Shown piece after piece: positions 47,934 through 61,306 of a stretch of DNA of 64,000 nt. The stretch comes from Lingula anatina (Eukaryota > Animalia > Brachiopoda). Within the stretch, counting starts at the first letter, position 1, and each line of letters opens with the position of its first letter. A program made the position numbers and the translations under genes. The stretch lies in assembly GCA_051362555.1 (NCBI GenBank), contig CM120649.1, forward strand, positions 6,448,001-6,512,000, read 5' to 3'. The notes under the pieces were generated by a model. It was not told where the DNA came from. It worked only from the letters and a program-made list of their open reading frames with translations, and ran no database searches.

Positions 47934-49300
47934 TTAGAACTGACATCAAAATTCGTCGGTGTATTTTCATTCCTGTGTAACAAAAGAATCCCCAGGTAAG
48001 CACTCTGAATCTTACACTTATTTTCATTCTTACATACGTTGTCTCTTGTTTTTGCTTTCTCTTTTTTCATTTTCTTTCTTTTCTTTTCCACCACCCTCAC
48101 CCTTCAGCTTTTAATCGGTGGGGCGCATTTGCACCCCTACCTTTAATAATTACATCTTTTCAGTTAAATTTCATTTTGTTATTATAATTTATTAGCTTTA
48201 TTGCATAATTATCTTTACTTTCCCCGTGACGAATATCCCGGCGACTCCCTTCGCCACAAAGATTTCATGTAATTATTAAACAGAGCAAAAATGCCTCAAT
48301 TTCTGTGCTATTTTAAATACCATGAACACCTCTCACTGACGCTGGATGAGTTCATCTTCAATTTCTGAACAGTCTCCTTGGGGTCATGCGATGTGGAGTG
48401 GGGTAAAATGACATTGATATTTGTGTGCTGTTTCTGAACGAAATAACTGTCGAGCAAAAACCACGGCAACTTCTGTTAGTTGCGAATTCACCTCAAAGAC
48501 ACGTTGTGCTGACTGTTTCTCCTTCGATATATTCAATCTTGATAAACAGTAGAAAACATTCAAAAATAATACTTTTCACGAAATTCGGTTATCATATTTC
48601 TCTATGTTTTCTTGCACCAAAGCAGAGATATGAAGTTTAAATGATATAATCATTGGTTTTATATAATACAAACTCGGCAAAACTAACAAACGAAGAATAA
48701 ATAATAGTATTCAGAATTCTACTGTAATGATTCCGACGACATGAACGATTTTATGTCATTGTTCAGAACAAGTAGAGTCGTTTACATTGCGCATGGCACA
48801 ATATCATTAGGGTCCATTGTGCTTTGATGCACTGTCACTGAAGGCCCGTTTACAGTTGAAATGGATCGACCCAACTGTGACTGCCCGTCTAAGTAGGCTG
48901 GCTCTCTGAGATTGGTCGTACTAAGTGAGGTCAGATGATCTTAACTGGTTACGTGCATTTGATACATTTACGGCGCCCAAGTTGTTTAATGGTTCAGTGA
49001 ACGCATGCGTTAAATTACAGACATTGTTACGAGAACAGTACCTTCCACTGAAGTCATTTCAGCGAACTGTTTAGGCTGTGAAAAATATTGAAGATGCTAT
49101 AGAGTCTTAAGGAAGCTTCCGATCGCTGATGCGTCCCACTAGTGCCAAAGAAGTAGTATTGATTACTACAACCATGTGACTTCGTGAGAATGATGTAATC
49201 TCTGAGATACATGGAACTAGACACACCCTCCATATTAGATGAGTAATTGCAAGCAAACTAACACTTCAAAATCTGAGAAAAAATTGATATCTTCCACACA

Positions 49301-50009
49301 ATGGAAGACAGACATGATACTGGTCAGCGAGAATATCGTCTGTGGAACATTTTCATCTTGGTGATATATTTGACCGGTCAACGATGCGTCGGTCAAGTGT
49401 TGTACAATCATTTTGAAGTGACCAAGGGAGCCGTTCTGACCTCACCTTCCTGGATGACGGCCAGCTCTAGAAGTCCCGTAGCCTGCGCTGTGCTGTGTAG
49501 CCGGACGCCTGAATGCCGTTCATGTAACTTTTATAAAAACACACCAAGGGGAGAGGGTAAATATTGTGAAAGATGCACAGCTTATTCAATAAAATTATAG
49601 TGTGATTAAATTTAAAGGGGCTAGTACCGCCTGCATTGAACAGAAACCCGTGTTGCAAAACTATACATTGAAATAGTGACAGACGTGTCCGTGCTTTTAT
49701 CTGTTAAAAACAATTTCTGTAAAAAGAAAAAAATCTTGAATCTAGTGTGATCATGTTTCAAGTGAGGATATCGTCACTATTACAGTTTGTATGCGAACGA
49801 AAAATCAACCAGACCAAATCCAAATATTTTTGCACTTCCACCTGTTACAGAAAATTGCCAGCTGTATACCCGAAAAGCTGCAAGCAACGATTTGGTACAG
49901 CATGACAGTGGTTTATATTTCACACATTTGTCCAGGGGTGAGGTGAGGTCTTTTCTTTAACATGAATGTTACTCTCTTAATATATTTACATTAAAATTCA
50001 TTTATGTTT

Positions 50010-50062
<53 letters not shown>

Positions 50063-52034
50063 TTTATTCGAGCATTAAATGTGACAGTTACATTTGTTAG
50101 CCCTCTATACTACAAATATATAAATAAATAAATAGTTATACATCACTATGGATTACTACTTATACAGTGTTTAAGAATATTAATTACAGCGTATACGTTT
50201 TAGTACAACTCTGGATAGTGGTTGGAAAGATATTCATGTACTGTAATAGGGGGTGGTCGGCTCAGGCTTTAGTTAAAATGAGAGACTAAGTGAGTGACAA
50301 GATTCCGTAAAGGCGAACCCGAAGTAAAGGAGAAACAAAATATAATAATATTTTTATAACCCGCTTAATATAAAAGTATTTAATTTGTCTGTTTCAGGAA
50401 GTAACAGATTGTAATGAGTCGGGTAAGTTAATGCTGCGAACTGGTTTCTTCGGGCTACGCGAAGTTTGTTTTGACTTAATCCACGATGTATTTGTACATC
50501 TATCTAATGAGTTTTCCCCTTTTGCAAGTACACTAATAATAAATGGCAGCAGCCGAATATGAATGAAATGCCGAATACGAAAGTTTGAAACTGTTGACCA
50601 TTTGGTATTTATATGCACTTAAAATTGTTGGACCTCGTCCACTTGAACGACCAGACAAAATGCACTCTTATAGGCCCTATAACTAGTGGGTGTCACGTAG
50701 GTCCTCTACAGACTATACATGTAGCCCTAACATTTATAAAACGTTGTTTTCTTAACAGACTACAGAGGAATGATTACCATCCAAATAAACAAATTTGGAA
50801 TGAAGGACGTTTATTGCGACAACGGATGGATTATTGTGATGCGAAGATACAACAGTACGATGGATTTTCAGAGAAACTGGACAGAGTATAAAAATGGCTT
50901 CGGTGATCCACGTGACCAGTTTTGGATGGGAAACGAGGCTCTCCACGCGTTAACCAATCAGGGAAACTATTCCATGCAGATTGACATGTTGTCTTGCAAT
51001 GGAAACACCTACTACGCCAGATGGAACCTATTTCGGATTGAAAACGAAACCCAGAAGTATGCCGTAGAAGCTATCAGCGTAGAATCTTTTAACACATCTT
51101 CTGACTCTAACCTTGATGACGTGCATGGCAGAAGATTTGGCACGTCCCCATTGGTGACTGTAGTGAGGAGAGAGGTAAGCTCCATTCTTTTTAAAACCTA
51201 GGACAAATAATTTTTTTAAATTTTATCCAACCATGGAAATTTGCTGTTGTGATGCCGTGTTTTAGGCCGTATTCAAAACAGCGGACTAACTAGTCCGAGG
51301 ATCAGATTTGGCGACCCACTTAAAAGCTTGCTGTCTAATCCCTTAACAGACATTAAGGGTAATTAAAAAAATTAAGATTTCAAATAAATGATTAAACAAT
51401 AACGCTTGAAATATCTATGCCATGTATGCGTGAAATTCAAATGAATCCAAATTGTATGTGCAATGCAGTGAGAGGGATTGTAATTGCGATGCTTTTAACA
51501 CACTTTTTAACAGTGCCAGAACAAACCTGGTCTCAAAACATAATGCTTGTTTTGTACAGTTGTATCTCCATCGGCGACTGTTTTCTATGTCTGCTCTTCT
51601 GTGTAATGGATGGATACGTCACGTACGACTCTATTTAGTTTCTATTATTCTAATAAAGAATAACTCTGATTTATCATATAAAGATATTTTGACACCACAA
51701 TAGAACCAGAACGTCACTGCTACAGTGCCGCCGGAATCTTAGTTTACTTACTCTGCGCGGCGCTGCTGGTTGTCCCTGCGCCCTGTCCCAATATATAAAT
51801 ACGGGAATTACAATACAGCAATACATTACCTGATTGGCGATCATTTCCCCCTTTTCAGGCGGAGGGTGGTGGTTCAACCATTGTGCCCGGTGGCATCTCA
51901 CGGGGTACTATCCCGACTGCGATATGACGGAAAGACGAGAGAAACGAATGAAATTCGTTCCCATCACTAATACGAACTGTGATCGGGGGTGTCTACTCCA
52001 AGCTGCTACGATGAAGATCCGGAGAAATGTTTAG
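49301..52034 (+). pseudogene. PAN/apple + fibrinogen-related domain protein, copy 1, frameshifted by a 7-bp deletion in exon 4. Exons 49301-49556, 49851-49942, 50398-50422, 50759-51174, 51859-52034
   Basis: Signal peptide; PAN-type CAVLC...CRSCNF; FReD DVYCD..GWIIVMRR..FQRNWTEYKNGFGD..FWMGNEALH..GGWW. Exon 4 is 416 nt against 423 nt in copy 2. Confidence 0.85.
50010..50060. repeat. (ATA)n microsatellite in an intron
   Basis: Direct inspection. Confidence 0.95.
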
Positions 52035-52479
52035 AACTACTCGTAACATCAGGGGCTCAAAATTTTTGGCGTGACTCAGAGTCTTATAAAATCACTTCCC
52101 TGTACCATTTATGTAGACTTTTTCTCTGACGCAGAGATTCTCTCTCACAATGCAGAGAATTACCGTCAATTTTACCAGAGACATTATCTGTGAATATCTA
52201 GTGAAAAATCAGTCCGTGGTCTTGGTAGAGGGTATAAAATCACTGGAACATTGTTTTGGGTCAGGTAAAATACACCAAGGCACCATTCCCTTAGGTACCA
52301 CCGGAATAGGTGGATCGACCCAACTATACGGGGACTCTCACTGACTGCAATTAGCTTAACTGAATAACACGCCTCCTCATGGCATTTAGCAAAATACAGA
52401 AAAGCTGGTGATTGTGAGTACTTTTGAGACGAGGCGTGTCGTTCGTATGAAATAAATTGCTCATACACAGACAAACGTA

Positions 52480-53340
52480 ATGGGTTCGTTGGAGTTACGT
52501 CGTATACATTTCAAGCACGCAAGCAAACGTTGGTGTACGTTTGCATACGCAGAAGAAAGTAAAATTTTTGAGCGTTTACGTGCGTATGAGTCGTACGTTA
52601 TCCATACGTTTGTGATATGCTGGGCATACGACGGCTGCACTTAGTTGACGGTAAGGAAAATCACAGTTAAGCTTCTAATACAGTGGTCGCTGTATGTATT
52701 GTAAAGCGTATATGCAACGTAATACTGACGAACTTGTGGTGTATGGAACGCTTCTTTTACGAGTGGTCTTCGTATGTAAACGTATGTCTGCGTTAATTAA
52801 CTTATCCCTTGCATATATGGGCGTATGAAGAAAAATATTTTGTTTACCTAACGTATGATGCGCGTTTTGTTTTATGTGGTATAAAAAAAGAATCCATTGC
52901 CCACATCTTTTTCGCAAACGTTTCAGATTGAGATAATGGAAGTACCTATTTTTAAGAGTTGGATCTGATCCAGTTCATTGCTGTGAACAAAAGAAAAGTA
53001 CAGGTACACTTCGCACATATTACTCATACGCTCATTTGCGTTACTCGAACCTTTATTAAACGCCCATGATCATATGTGCCAATCAAGTACTCATATGCGT
53101 TAATTAAACCCACACATACCGTTCTCATCCGTTTCTCAAACGAACATATACATGTCCCCCTAATTGCGATTACATACGCTTATATCGTGTTTCACTAATA
53201 CGATATTCAAACGCAAGGTACACCATGTAGATACGCTATCAATATGCTACCCTACGCCTTTTTTTCTCATACGCTGTAAAAAGGATGATTTCCTACGCTC
53301 AAAATTGTGCTTATAATCGATTTCACATACGAAATTCATT
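52480..53340. repeat. Degenerate CGTATG/CATACG-rich interspersed repeat
   Basis: Dense cgtatg motifs in the left part and catacg/atacgc motifs in the right part, suggesting an old foldback element. Confidence 0.45.
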
Positions 53341-54282
53341 CCTCTTTGCGGGCATGCAGAACAAATGATCCTTGGATCTACAGATCCGCGCGCGAATCAT
53401 AGATGGCGGACCAAACATGAAAGATGAGCCGACTAGCCTGCCAATCGTTTCCCCGCCTTCACACACGCCGTCATTGCAGGGATCTAGCAATTAAACCTCG
53501 GAGCTGTGATTTATTACGTTTAAGTGCGCATGCATTTAATTGCGCAGCAGATTAGTCGGCTCTTCTTTCATGTAGGGTCCGCCATATTTGATCCACGGAA
53601 CTGTGAATCCGTGGATCATCTATTGTGAATGCCCTCTTTCACTCTAGGTTTGGCGATTTTCGCATGACCACCCTTATGGTTAATGCTCTAATAGTGTTTA
53701 TTTTTATTTCAATTATTAATATAAGCTTTCCACATGAAAAAAAGAGAAAAAAACTATATTTTCACAAATGACGGCCTTTATAAAGTATTGATATCTCTTA
53801 AAAAGACTGACATCGATATATTCATTTAAGAATATGAGCGCATCTAGACAAGCCCTGTACATCAAGCCCGACACAAAGACCCGGTGAGGACATGCGTCAT
53901 TCTGAAACACAGCAAAAGCAACTCAATATGGCTCTGTTATTTCCCTCACAAACATTTCCTGCACCAAAACAGATATCGACAGTTCACATAGTGGATTATA
54001 AAAAGGACAAAATATAGTAAATGTGGAATAATGAATATTGTATTGCTGTTATGGGCTTATCGATAAAATAAACGGTTACCTTAGCAATGTTTTACATGCC
54101 AAACGCTGCTCATTGCGTCCCAGTGGTACCAGGGGAATACACGTATAAGCTACAAATACTTAGGCACAACGATGCAACGTAAAAATCAAGTGGCCATTAG
54201 ATGATTGATTGAGAGCAAACTTTCTATCCCGAGATAAAAATAATAGGTATCGTCCACATTTTTAAAACCGGTTCCTAGATAC

Positions 54283-56840
54283 ATGGCCCGGCAGCGAGAA
54301 TATCGTCTGTGCAACATTTTCATCTTGGTGATATATCTGACCTGTCAACGATGCGTCGGTCAAGTGCTGTACAATCAATTTGAAGTGACCAAGGGAGCCA
54401 TTCTGGCCTCACCTTCCTGGATGACGGTCAGCTCTAGAAGTCCCGTAGCCTGCGCTGTGCTGTGCAGCCGGACGCCTGAATGCCGTTCATGTAACTTCTA
54501 TAGAAACACACCAAGGGAAGAGGGTAAGTGCTTTTAAAGTTGTACAGCGTATTCGAGACCAAAATTACTGGGCCGGAACCACTCACCCCCAAATAAACAA
54601 ATCCGACGTTTTTTTTGTTTTTTTTTCTCTTTTTTTTTAATATGAAGGAAGCAAAGCAAAGCCGTTCAGACGATTAAGACCGTTTTCACATAAAATGAAA
54701 ATTTTGAGGGAGTGTAGGAAAAAATCTACCCGTTTTCATGAATTTTGCTTATCTACACGTTTACAGTGAGAACATGAAAATTCTCATAAAAAGGAAAAAT
54801 TAACTAGATCCTTTATCAATATTTTTGCATTTCTACCTGTTACAGAAAATTGCGAACTGAATACCCAAAGAGCTGCAAGCACTGATTTGGTTCACAATGA
54901 CAGTGGCTCATATTTAACGTACAAGCCAAAGGGCGAGGTGAGATCCTGTTTCTAACAACATGTGTGCTATTTTGTAACTAGGTTCATCAATAAAATTAGT
55001 TTTCTTATTGCTCAGTGGCGGATTTAGAGGGTGGGGTGTCGGGGATGTCTTGACCCCCCCCCCCCCCTTCGGTTTCTGAAAAAAACATCAATATCCCTAT
55101 TTGAAATTTGACTAGCTGATTCATAGTTCTAAACCATACCAAATGGCACCGTTTACCCTTCAAAACACATTTTATTTTTCGGGACCATTGACAAGGGGGA
55201 GGGGAGGGGGCTTCCATTCCTTAAAAAAGCCCCCCCCCCCAAATAATTCTGGATCTGCCCCTGTTGCTTCTTACAACTCGGTGACAGTGCCTGGCAAGAG
55301 AAGGATGATTGACCCATGCCTTAGTTGAAAAGAAACATACATTGATCTTGAGTAAAATGACTCTGCAAGAGAAGCAAAATATAAAAGATTTTTTCTTAAT
55401 CCTATTAACAAAAAAAAACGGCATTATAAAACAGTTTTATCTGTTTTAGGTAGTAACAGATTGTGATGATCCAGGTAAGTTACGGCTGTGAATTACCTAT
55501 TTAGTTTTTTGAGCCACCTCCATTTTTTCCTTTGAAGCGATAATTCCACTAACACTTGATAGTTAGTAGCTACAGTGTGCATGTTTTAGATAATTGACGT
55601 AAATTTTTGAAACTGTTGACCATGTTATTTTATGCCATTGATATGTTAACTAGATATATATTCGCATTACCCATCAAACAAAATGCATTTCACTGTAGTG
55701 CAGTTGAAACAGGAGTTGTAACTCCTTAAGTCCCATAAAAAAATATTGGTCATGGTGATTTCTGTTGACAGATTACAGCGGAATGGTTGCCATGCAAATA
55801 ACCGAATTTGGAATTAAGGACGTTTATTGCGACATCGGATGGATTATTGTGATGAGAAGGTACAACAGTACGATGGATTTTCACAGGAACTGGGCCGAGT
55901 ACAAAAATGGCTTTGGTGACCCACGTGACCAGTTTTGGATGGGAAACGAGGCTCTCCACGCGTTAACCAATCAGGGGAACTATTCCATGCAGATTGACAT
56001 GCTGTCTTGTAATGGAAACTCCTACTACGTCCGATGGGACCTATTTCGGATCGAAAACGAAACCCAAAAGTATGCAGTAGAAGCTATCAGCGTAGAGTCG
56101 CACAATGTTTCTTCTGACACAAAACTTATGGAATTGTATGGCAGGGAATTCGGCACGTATGACGTTCCCTTTGCAAACTGCAGTCAGGAACGGGGTACGT
56201 GTATGAATTATGGTATTGTAACGTACCTTAATTATGTATTACATTGCGCACGCACTGGGAAAGCAAATTACAATCAAAGGCCTGCTGAAATTTTGAGGCA
56301 TCATCCTAATATTACATATGATTATATGGATTGTTTAAGAGCAGACATAATGGTCTTATAGTTGCTCGATAGCCTGTTGTATCGTTCTTGTCAGTTATTA
56401 TTTTTTTTTTTTTATAAATTCTTAATTGCACTGCACGTTATAACCATATCTTTGGTGCATTCGCTTACAGTATACAGTATGCATGTACACATGCATAATT
56501 ATCTGGTCGAAATATTATTATTAATGACGAGAGTTGAGCTTCCCTGGCGGAGGTCTTCGCTCTCGGAGTTTCTAGTTATTATTTGCTTTAATTGTGTATC
56601 GGACCGTATTGAGAGACGAAAATATTCACAGATATTCAATTTTTTGCTTATTTGCTCCTTTCAGGTGGAGGATGGTGGTGGGGCAGTTGTGGTCATGATC
56701 ACATTACAGCGTTTTATCCCGAATGCAACATGACGTCAAACCAGAGGCAACGCATGAAATTCTCCCCCATCACCGGTAGAAACTGTGATCGGGGGTGTCT
56801 ACTCCAGGCCGCTACGATGAAGATTCGGCGAAATGTTTAG
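54283..56840 (+). CDS. PAN/apple + fibrinogen-related domain protein, copy 2, intact 318 aa. Exons 54283-54523, 54846-54937, 55450-55474, 55772-56194, 56665-56840
   Basis: 241+92+25+423+176 = 957 nt, in frame, GT-AG; same architecture as copy 1. Confidence 0.9.
55013..55263 (-). mobile_element. CAGTGGCGG/CAGGGGC MITE with a 5-bp TSD, in FReD copy 2 intron 2
   Basis: TTGCT is duplicated at 55008-55012 and 55264-55268; there is no equivalent in the paralog's intron. Confidence 0.8.
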
Positions 56841-57819
56841 TATGATAAACGGACCATGTTCTTTGCACGTGACTGTTTATTACCCGTTGGACCGCTCCTG
56901 TACCCTCTTCGTCCAGTTCCATAACAGCTAGGATCTCTGGTAGAGAGTGCAACTCTAAGCCTCTAACGCTCATCTGTGTCTTCATATTGTTAATTTCTGC
57001 ATGACAAAAAAGACGGGTGGGGACAGCAAATATGCATTACATAGTTGATAATTACAGTATGGATATATTTTTCTTTTATGTATTCGTTTCATTTGAGGTT
57101 CCCATTTTTAAGTTATTGTCCACCACTGATCCCTATCATCATTGCACATGGTATGATTAATGTATATAGCTTTAGACCATTATGGTGTATCAGTTCTCTT
57201 ACAACAATTATGTTTGTTTGAAGAAGAACATGTACAACTATATGAAACTCCGTTTTCAAAAATATGCCTATTATTTAACATTGTAGCAATCACAATGGCT
57301 TCACGCCGTTGTGGTTTGACAAAAGACACATATTTATCCTAAATTCACCAGAAGAAATGAATTTATGATTACATTCGTCCTCAATTCGGTGTTAGACAGA
57401 CTCAATAGATTCATTAACAAGATAAGTGTACCCAGATATCAATCAGGTCCGACACAAAGAGCCGGATGGCACATGCGTCATATCTGAACCACAGCAAAAG
57501 CAACCTCTCAGTAAAGTTGGTTCTGTTATATCCCTTGCAAACATTTTCAATTCAATACCCATTGTATTTATCGGTAGCTCTCAGATTAGCAAAGTTAATC
57601 GTTGATATTATATAGTGCGGTCTAAGCATATAAAAAGAAAAAAATGAGTATGTATTCTACTTTAACGTGCTCATCAACAAAATAAACAATTCCTTCATTA
57701 ATGTCAGGAATAAAGCAGAATAATTAAAATTACGCGTGGAAGAATATCATTATGGTACATTGTATTTTGAAGCACTGTCAATAAAGGCCCTTTTACAGTT
57801 TTGATGGATCGACCCAACT

Positions 57820-57886
57820 TAGACCGCGATCAGGAAGCCAGTAGTGCCTTGGCGGTGATCTGCGCTCTCGGAGTGCTTTTCTAGTT
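57820..57886 (+). mobile_element. Helentron/HINE-like terminal fragment (similar end at 56535-56577)
   Basis: ccttggcggtgatctgcgctctcggagtgcttttctagtt, a hairpin followed by a CTAGTT terminus. Confidence 0.5.
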
Positions 57887-58134
57887 TTTATATGTAAGAC
57901 AATTTACCGCAAAAGTATGTCGTTCGATAAAAAATATTGCATGTTAAGCTAATATGAACATTAACACATGTCGTTTAATCAAAATCCGGTAACTACATCA
58001 ACAAAGAGTATCGATTTTGTCTCATCGGGGATTCTTTAATTATCTATACTCAAAATTAAGTTTGATGCATAAAGGACAAGTATGGCATGAGATGTGTTGC
58101 AATATTCAATAAATATATCTTTCATTTAATTTAA

Positions 58135-58450
58135 AGTTTTGTTATTCAATGTTTCAAATTTTTATGCAATATTCTTTTTTTTTGGTTCAATGTTGTTTCA
58201 TTTTTTTACGAAAAAAATTGCTTCATTAAATGTTGTTTCATTTTTTGATGCAATACATTTTTATTTTAATTCAGTGTTGTTTCGTTTTTTATGCAATATT
58301 TTTTTCACGTTTTTTTTTCAAATTTTTATGCATTATTCTGTTTTTTTTGCATGCAATGTTGTTTCAAATTTTATGCAATGTTTTTTTTTCATACAGTGTT
58401 GTTAAATTTTTTATGCAATATTTTTTTCATTCAATGTTGCTTCGTTTTGA
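58135..58450. repeat. T-rich degenerate minisatellite
   Basis: Recurrent tcaatgttgtttc...tttatgcaatattttt units. Confidence 0.75.
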
Positions 58451-58474
58451 TACAGTATGTATTTACTACCGATA

Positions 58475-60645
58475 GATTGTACTTGGAAGCTTGAACGTCA
58501 GTGGTGCAACTCAAAATTGGAAATACACCGGGAATTATTCAAAACTGCCAGAGCTAACTATCACACCCTCCTTGAAAAGCAAAAAACTGTATACCATTGG
58601 ACCTGTATTGAAGGTGCTGATCAAAGGGAACTCTTTAGGATTGTGGACAAGATTTCAGAATCTAAGTCAAGCCAGCTAAGTGTGCTTCCTGACATGGAAA
58701 TGTCAACACTTCCTCAAGTTTTTGCAGATTTCTTCACAAACCGGATCAAGGATATTCGTAAGGACTTAACTCAAAATGCTACCACAGGATCCTCAGAATC
58801 AGATCCATTACCAAGTGGATTTCAAGACAGGTGTGCCAGTCAGGGTGGTGGGGCCCAACTGAGCAATTTCCTACCGGTCTCAGAGAAGGATATTATCTCT
58901 GTTATAAAGGGGATGAATTCTAAGTTTTGTGCTCTGGATCCCATGCCAACATATATAGTGAAAGAGTGTATTAGTGTGTTATCTCCAGTTCTCCTGAGAT
59001 TAGTAAATCTGTCTTTATCAACAGATATCTTTCCATCAAACTGCAAAACTGCAATTGTTAGACCATTACTTTAAAAGCAAAGGCTGTGTAAAAATGTCCT
59101 GAAAAACTATAGACCAATATCAAATCTACCCTTTTTAGGTAAATTTCTTGAAAAAATGGCATGTTCCCAACTAAGCAGCTATCTATCTGAAAATAAACTC
59201 TTTGGGAAATTCCAGTCTGCCTATAGAGAAGGCCACAGCACTGAGACAGCTCTACTTCGAGTCCACAACGACATAATGCTTGCCCTGGATAAACAAAGAG
59301 ATGTCATTTTAGTTCTTCTAGACCTTTCGATACCATAGATCATAATATTCTTCTTCACAGGTTGCAGCATCGTTTTAGAGTGAATGGACTTGCACTTAGT
59401 TGGTTTACCTCTTACCTGAAAAACAAAACACAAAGGGTTTCAATAGAGTCGGTTTTATCTCAGCCAGTTAACTTGGAGTACGGTGTCCCACAAGGGTCTG
59501 TGTTAGGTCCGATCCTATTCTCATTATACATGTTACCTGTAGAAGATATCATACTAAAGCATGGTCTGAACACTGTTATTTTTGCAGATGACACACAAGT
59601 ATATATTACATGCAAGAGCAGCCAGTCTGCAACAATCACTTCTATGGAGACTTGTCTTGCAGAGATTCGAGAATGCATGAAAGTGAACATGTTGGCTTTA
59701 AATGATAGTAAGACTGAGTTGATATGGTTAACATCAAGGTTCAAGGCAAATAGAAAAAATGTAGCAAATGCCAACATTTGCATAGGAGATGTTCTTATAA
59801 AACCATCTAGTTCTGTAAAAGATCTGGGAGTTACCCTCGATGAAAATGGCACTTTGGGCAAGCGTGTATCTGAAGTATGTAAATCAGCATCTTATGCACT
59901 ATGGCGCATTGGAAAAATAAGGAAAGTGTTAGACAACAAAACCACTGAAAAATTAGTACATGCATTTATATCATCAAGATTAGATTACTGCAATAGTCTC
60001 CTCTTTGGTATTTGTGACTATCAGATTAAAAAGTTACAAGTTATTCAAAACTCAGCTGCAAGACTGGTTTGTCAAATTAAGTACAATAGTACACACCATA
60101 TCACTCCCATTCTGAAAGAATTACACTGGCTGCCTGTGAAGCAGAGGATTGATTTTAAAGTACTCTGTATTATTTTTAAGGCGATCCATTCACAAGGACC
60201 ATTATATTTATCTGATCTTATCTGTTTTAACTTACCACGGCGGTCCACACGTTTTAATACTGAGAATGATTTTATTTTAGAACATCCTGTTTTAGAGAAG
60301 GGGTGCCTAAAAAGTTATGGAGATCGTGCTTTTATAATCTACGCCCCAAAAGTGTGGAATGGTCTACCAAATTTTATTAGGAAAACAGAAGACTTTGACA
60401 ATTTTGAATCTCTTTTAAAGACCCACATTTTTAATTCTGTCTATATTTCTTAGATTTTATTTTAATATATATATGTTTTTTTTTAATAAGATTGATTTTT
60501 AGTAGTGTAAATTTTAAATGGTTTCCAATGAGAGTTTATGATTAAAATATTGTAGTCATTTAAATGATTTTAGTATATTAGCCATTATTGTAAGGCGCCT
60601 TGAGATAGAATGTAAGGCGCCATATAAGAATCTTATTATTATTAT
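58475..60645 (+). mobile_element. 5'-truncated non-LTR retrotransposon (L2/CR1/Crack-like) RT region with frameshifts and a (TTA)n tail
   Basis: CALDPMPT, AIVRPLL, NYRPISNLPFL, FQSAYR..HSTETALL, LLDLS, GVPQGSVLGPILF, FADDTQVY, SRLDYCNS, LHWLPV. Frameshifts near 59070 and 59330. The 3' end is taaggcgcc...taaggcgcc...ttattattattat. Confidence 0.92.
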
Positions 60646-61266
60646 ATATTATACTTCATTCCTTGCATACCAGTAATGGAACATTCAGAGTACATTGTCT
60701 TTCTAGCGTCAACTTCCACTTGACACTATTTCACGCTTTATTAAACTAAACTGCATATCTAAAATATATAACCATTACCATCTCGCCCCCTCTTCAACGT
60801 CAATTACATGCAAAGAAATAAAATAACAATAAGTAGGTTAACTGGTTTTTATTTTTTCCATATCCAAAATGAGATGTTTTAAATTTTATTTCAACAAACT
60901 GGGAATGCATTCAAAATTGTCATCCTCCAACGTTATTAACGTCATGAACATTTTCTTTTTGATTGTGAAGCCAAACAATTAACCCAATTCTTGAGACATT
61001 AATGATTTCCATTTCTGCGTAATAAAAAATGCAAGTTTCGTAGTACAGGTAGTTGTTTCCTAACAAAATAATGCTTGAACTTACTAACTTTTGAAATTTC
61101 AGTTTACCGAATTTCAATTAAATTCTGCTAATTTCCGATTAACAAAACGATTACCGTAACCTTTTGCTTTACAACATGACAAATTTACAACATTTACAAC
61201 ATTAGTCATTCGCAACATTGAAAAATAGTCACCGGATTCTAGAACTTTAGCCCAGGTTACTGATAG

Positions 61267-61306
61267 CAAGGACGTATATTGAATAAAAATTCAATATACG
61301 TCCTTA
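61267..61306. mobile_element. 40-bp palindrome with a 7-8-bp TSD: second P-element-like footprint
   Basis: (a)ctgatag [caaggacgtatattgaat aaaa attcaatatacgtcctt(a)] ctgatag. Confidence 0.7.

Noticed and set aside
56195-56733. C-terminal extension of ORF 55765-56361, and ORF 56362-56733
   Set aside because: Read-through into intron 4; the true domain continues in exon 56665-56840.
58139-58494. Phe-rich ORFs
   Set aside because: Translations of a T-rich minisatellite.
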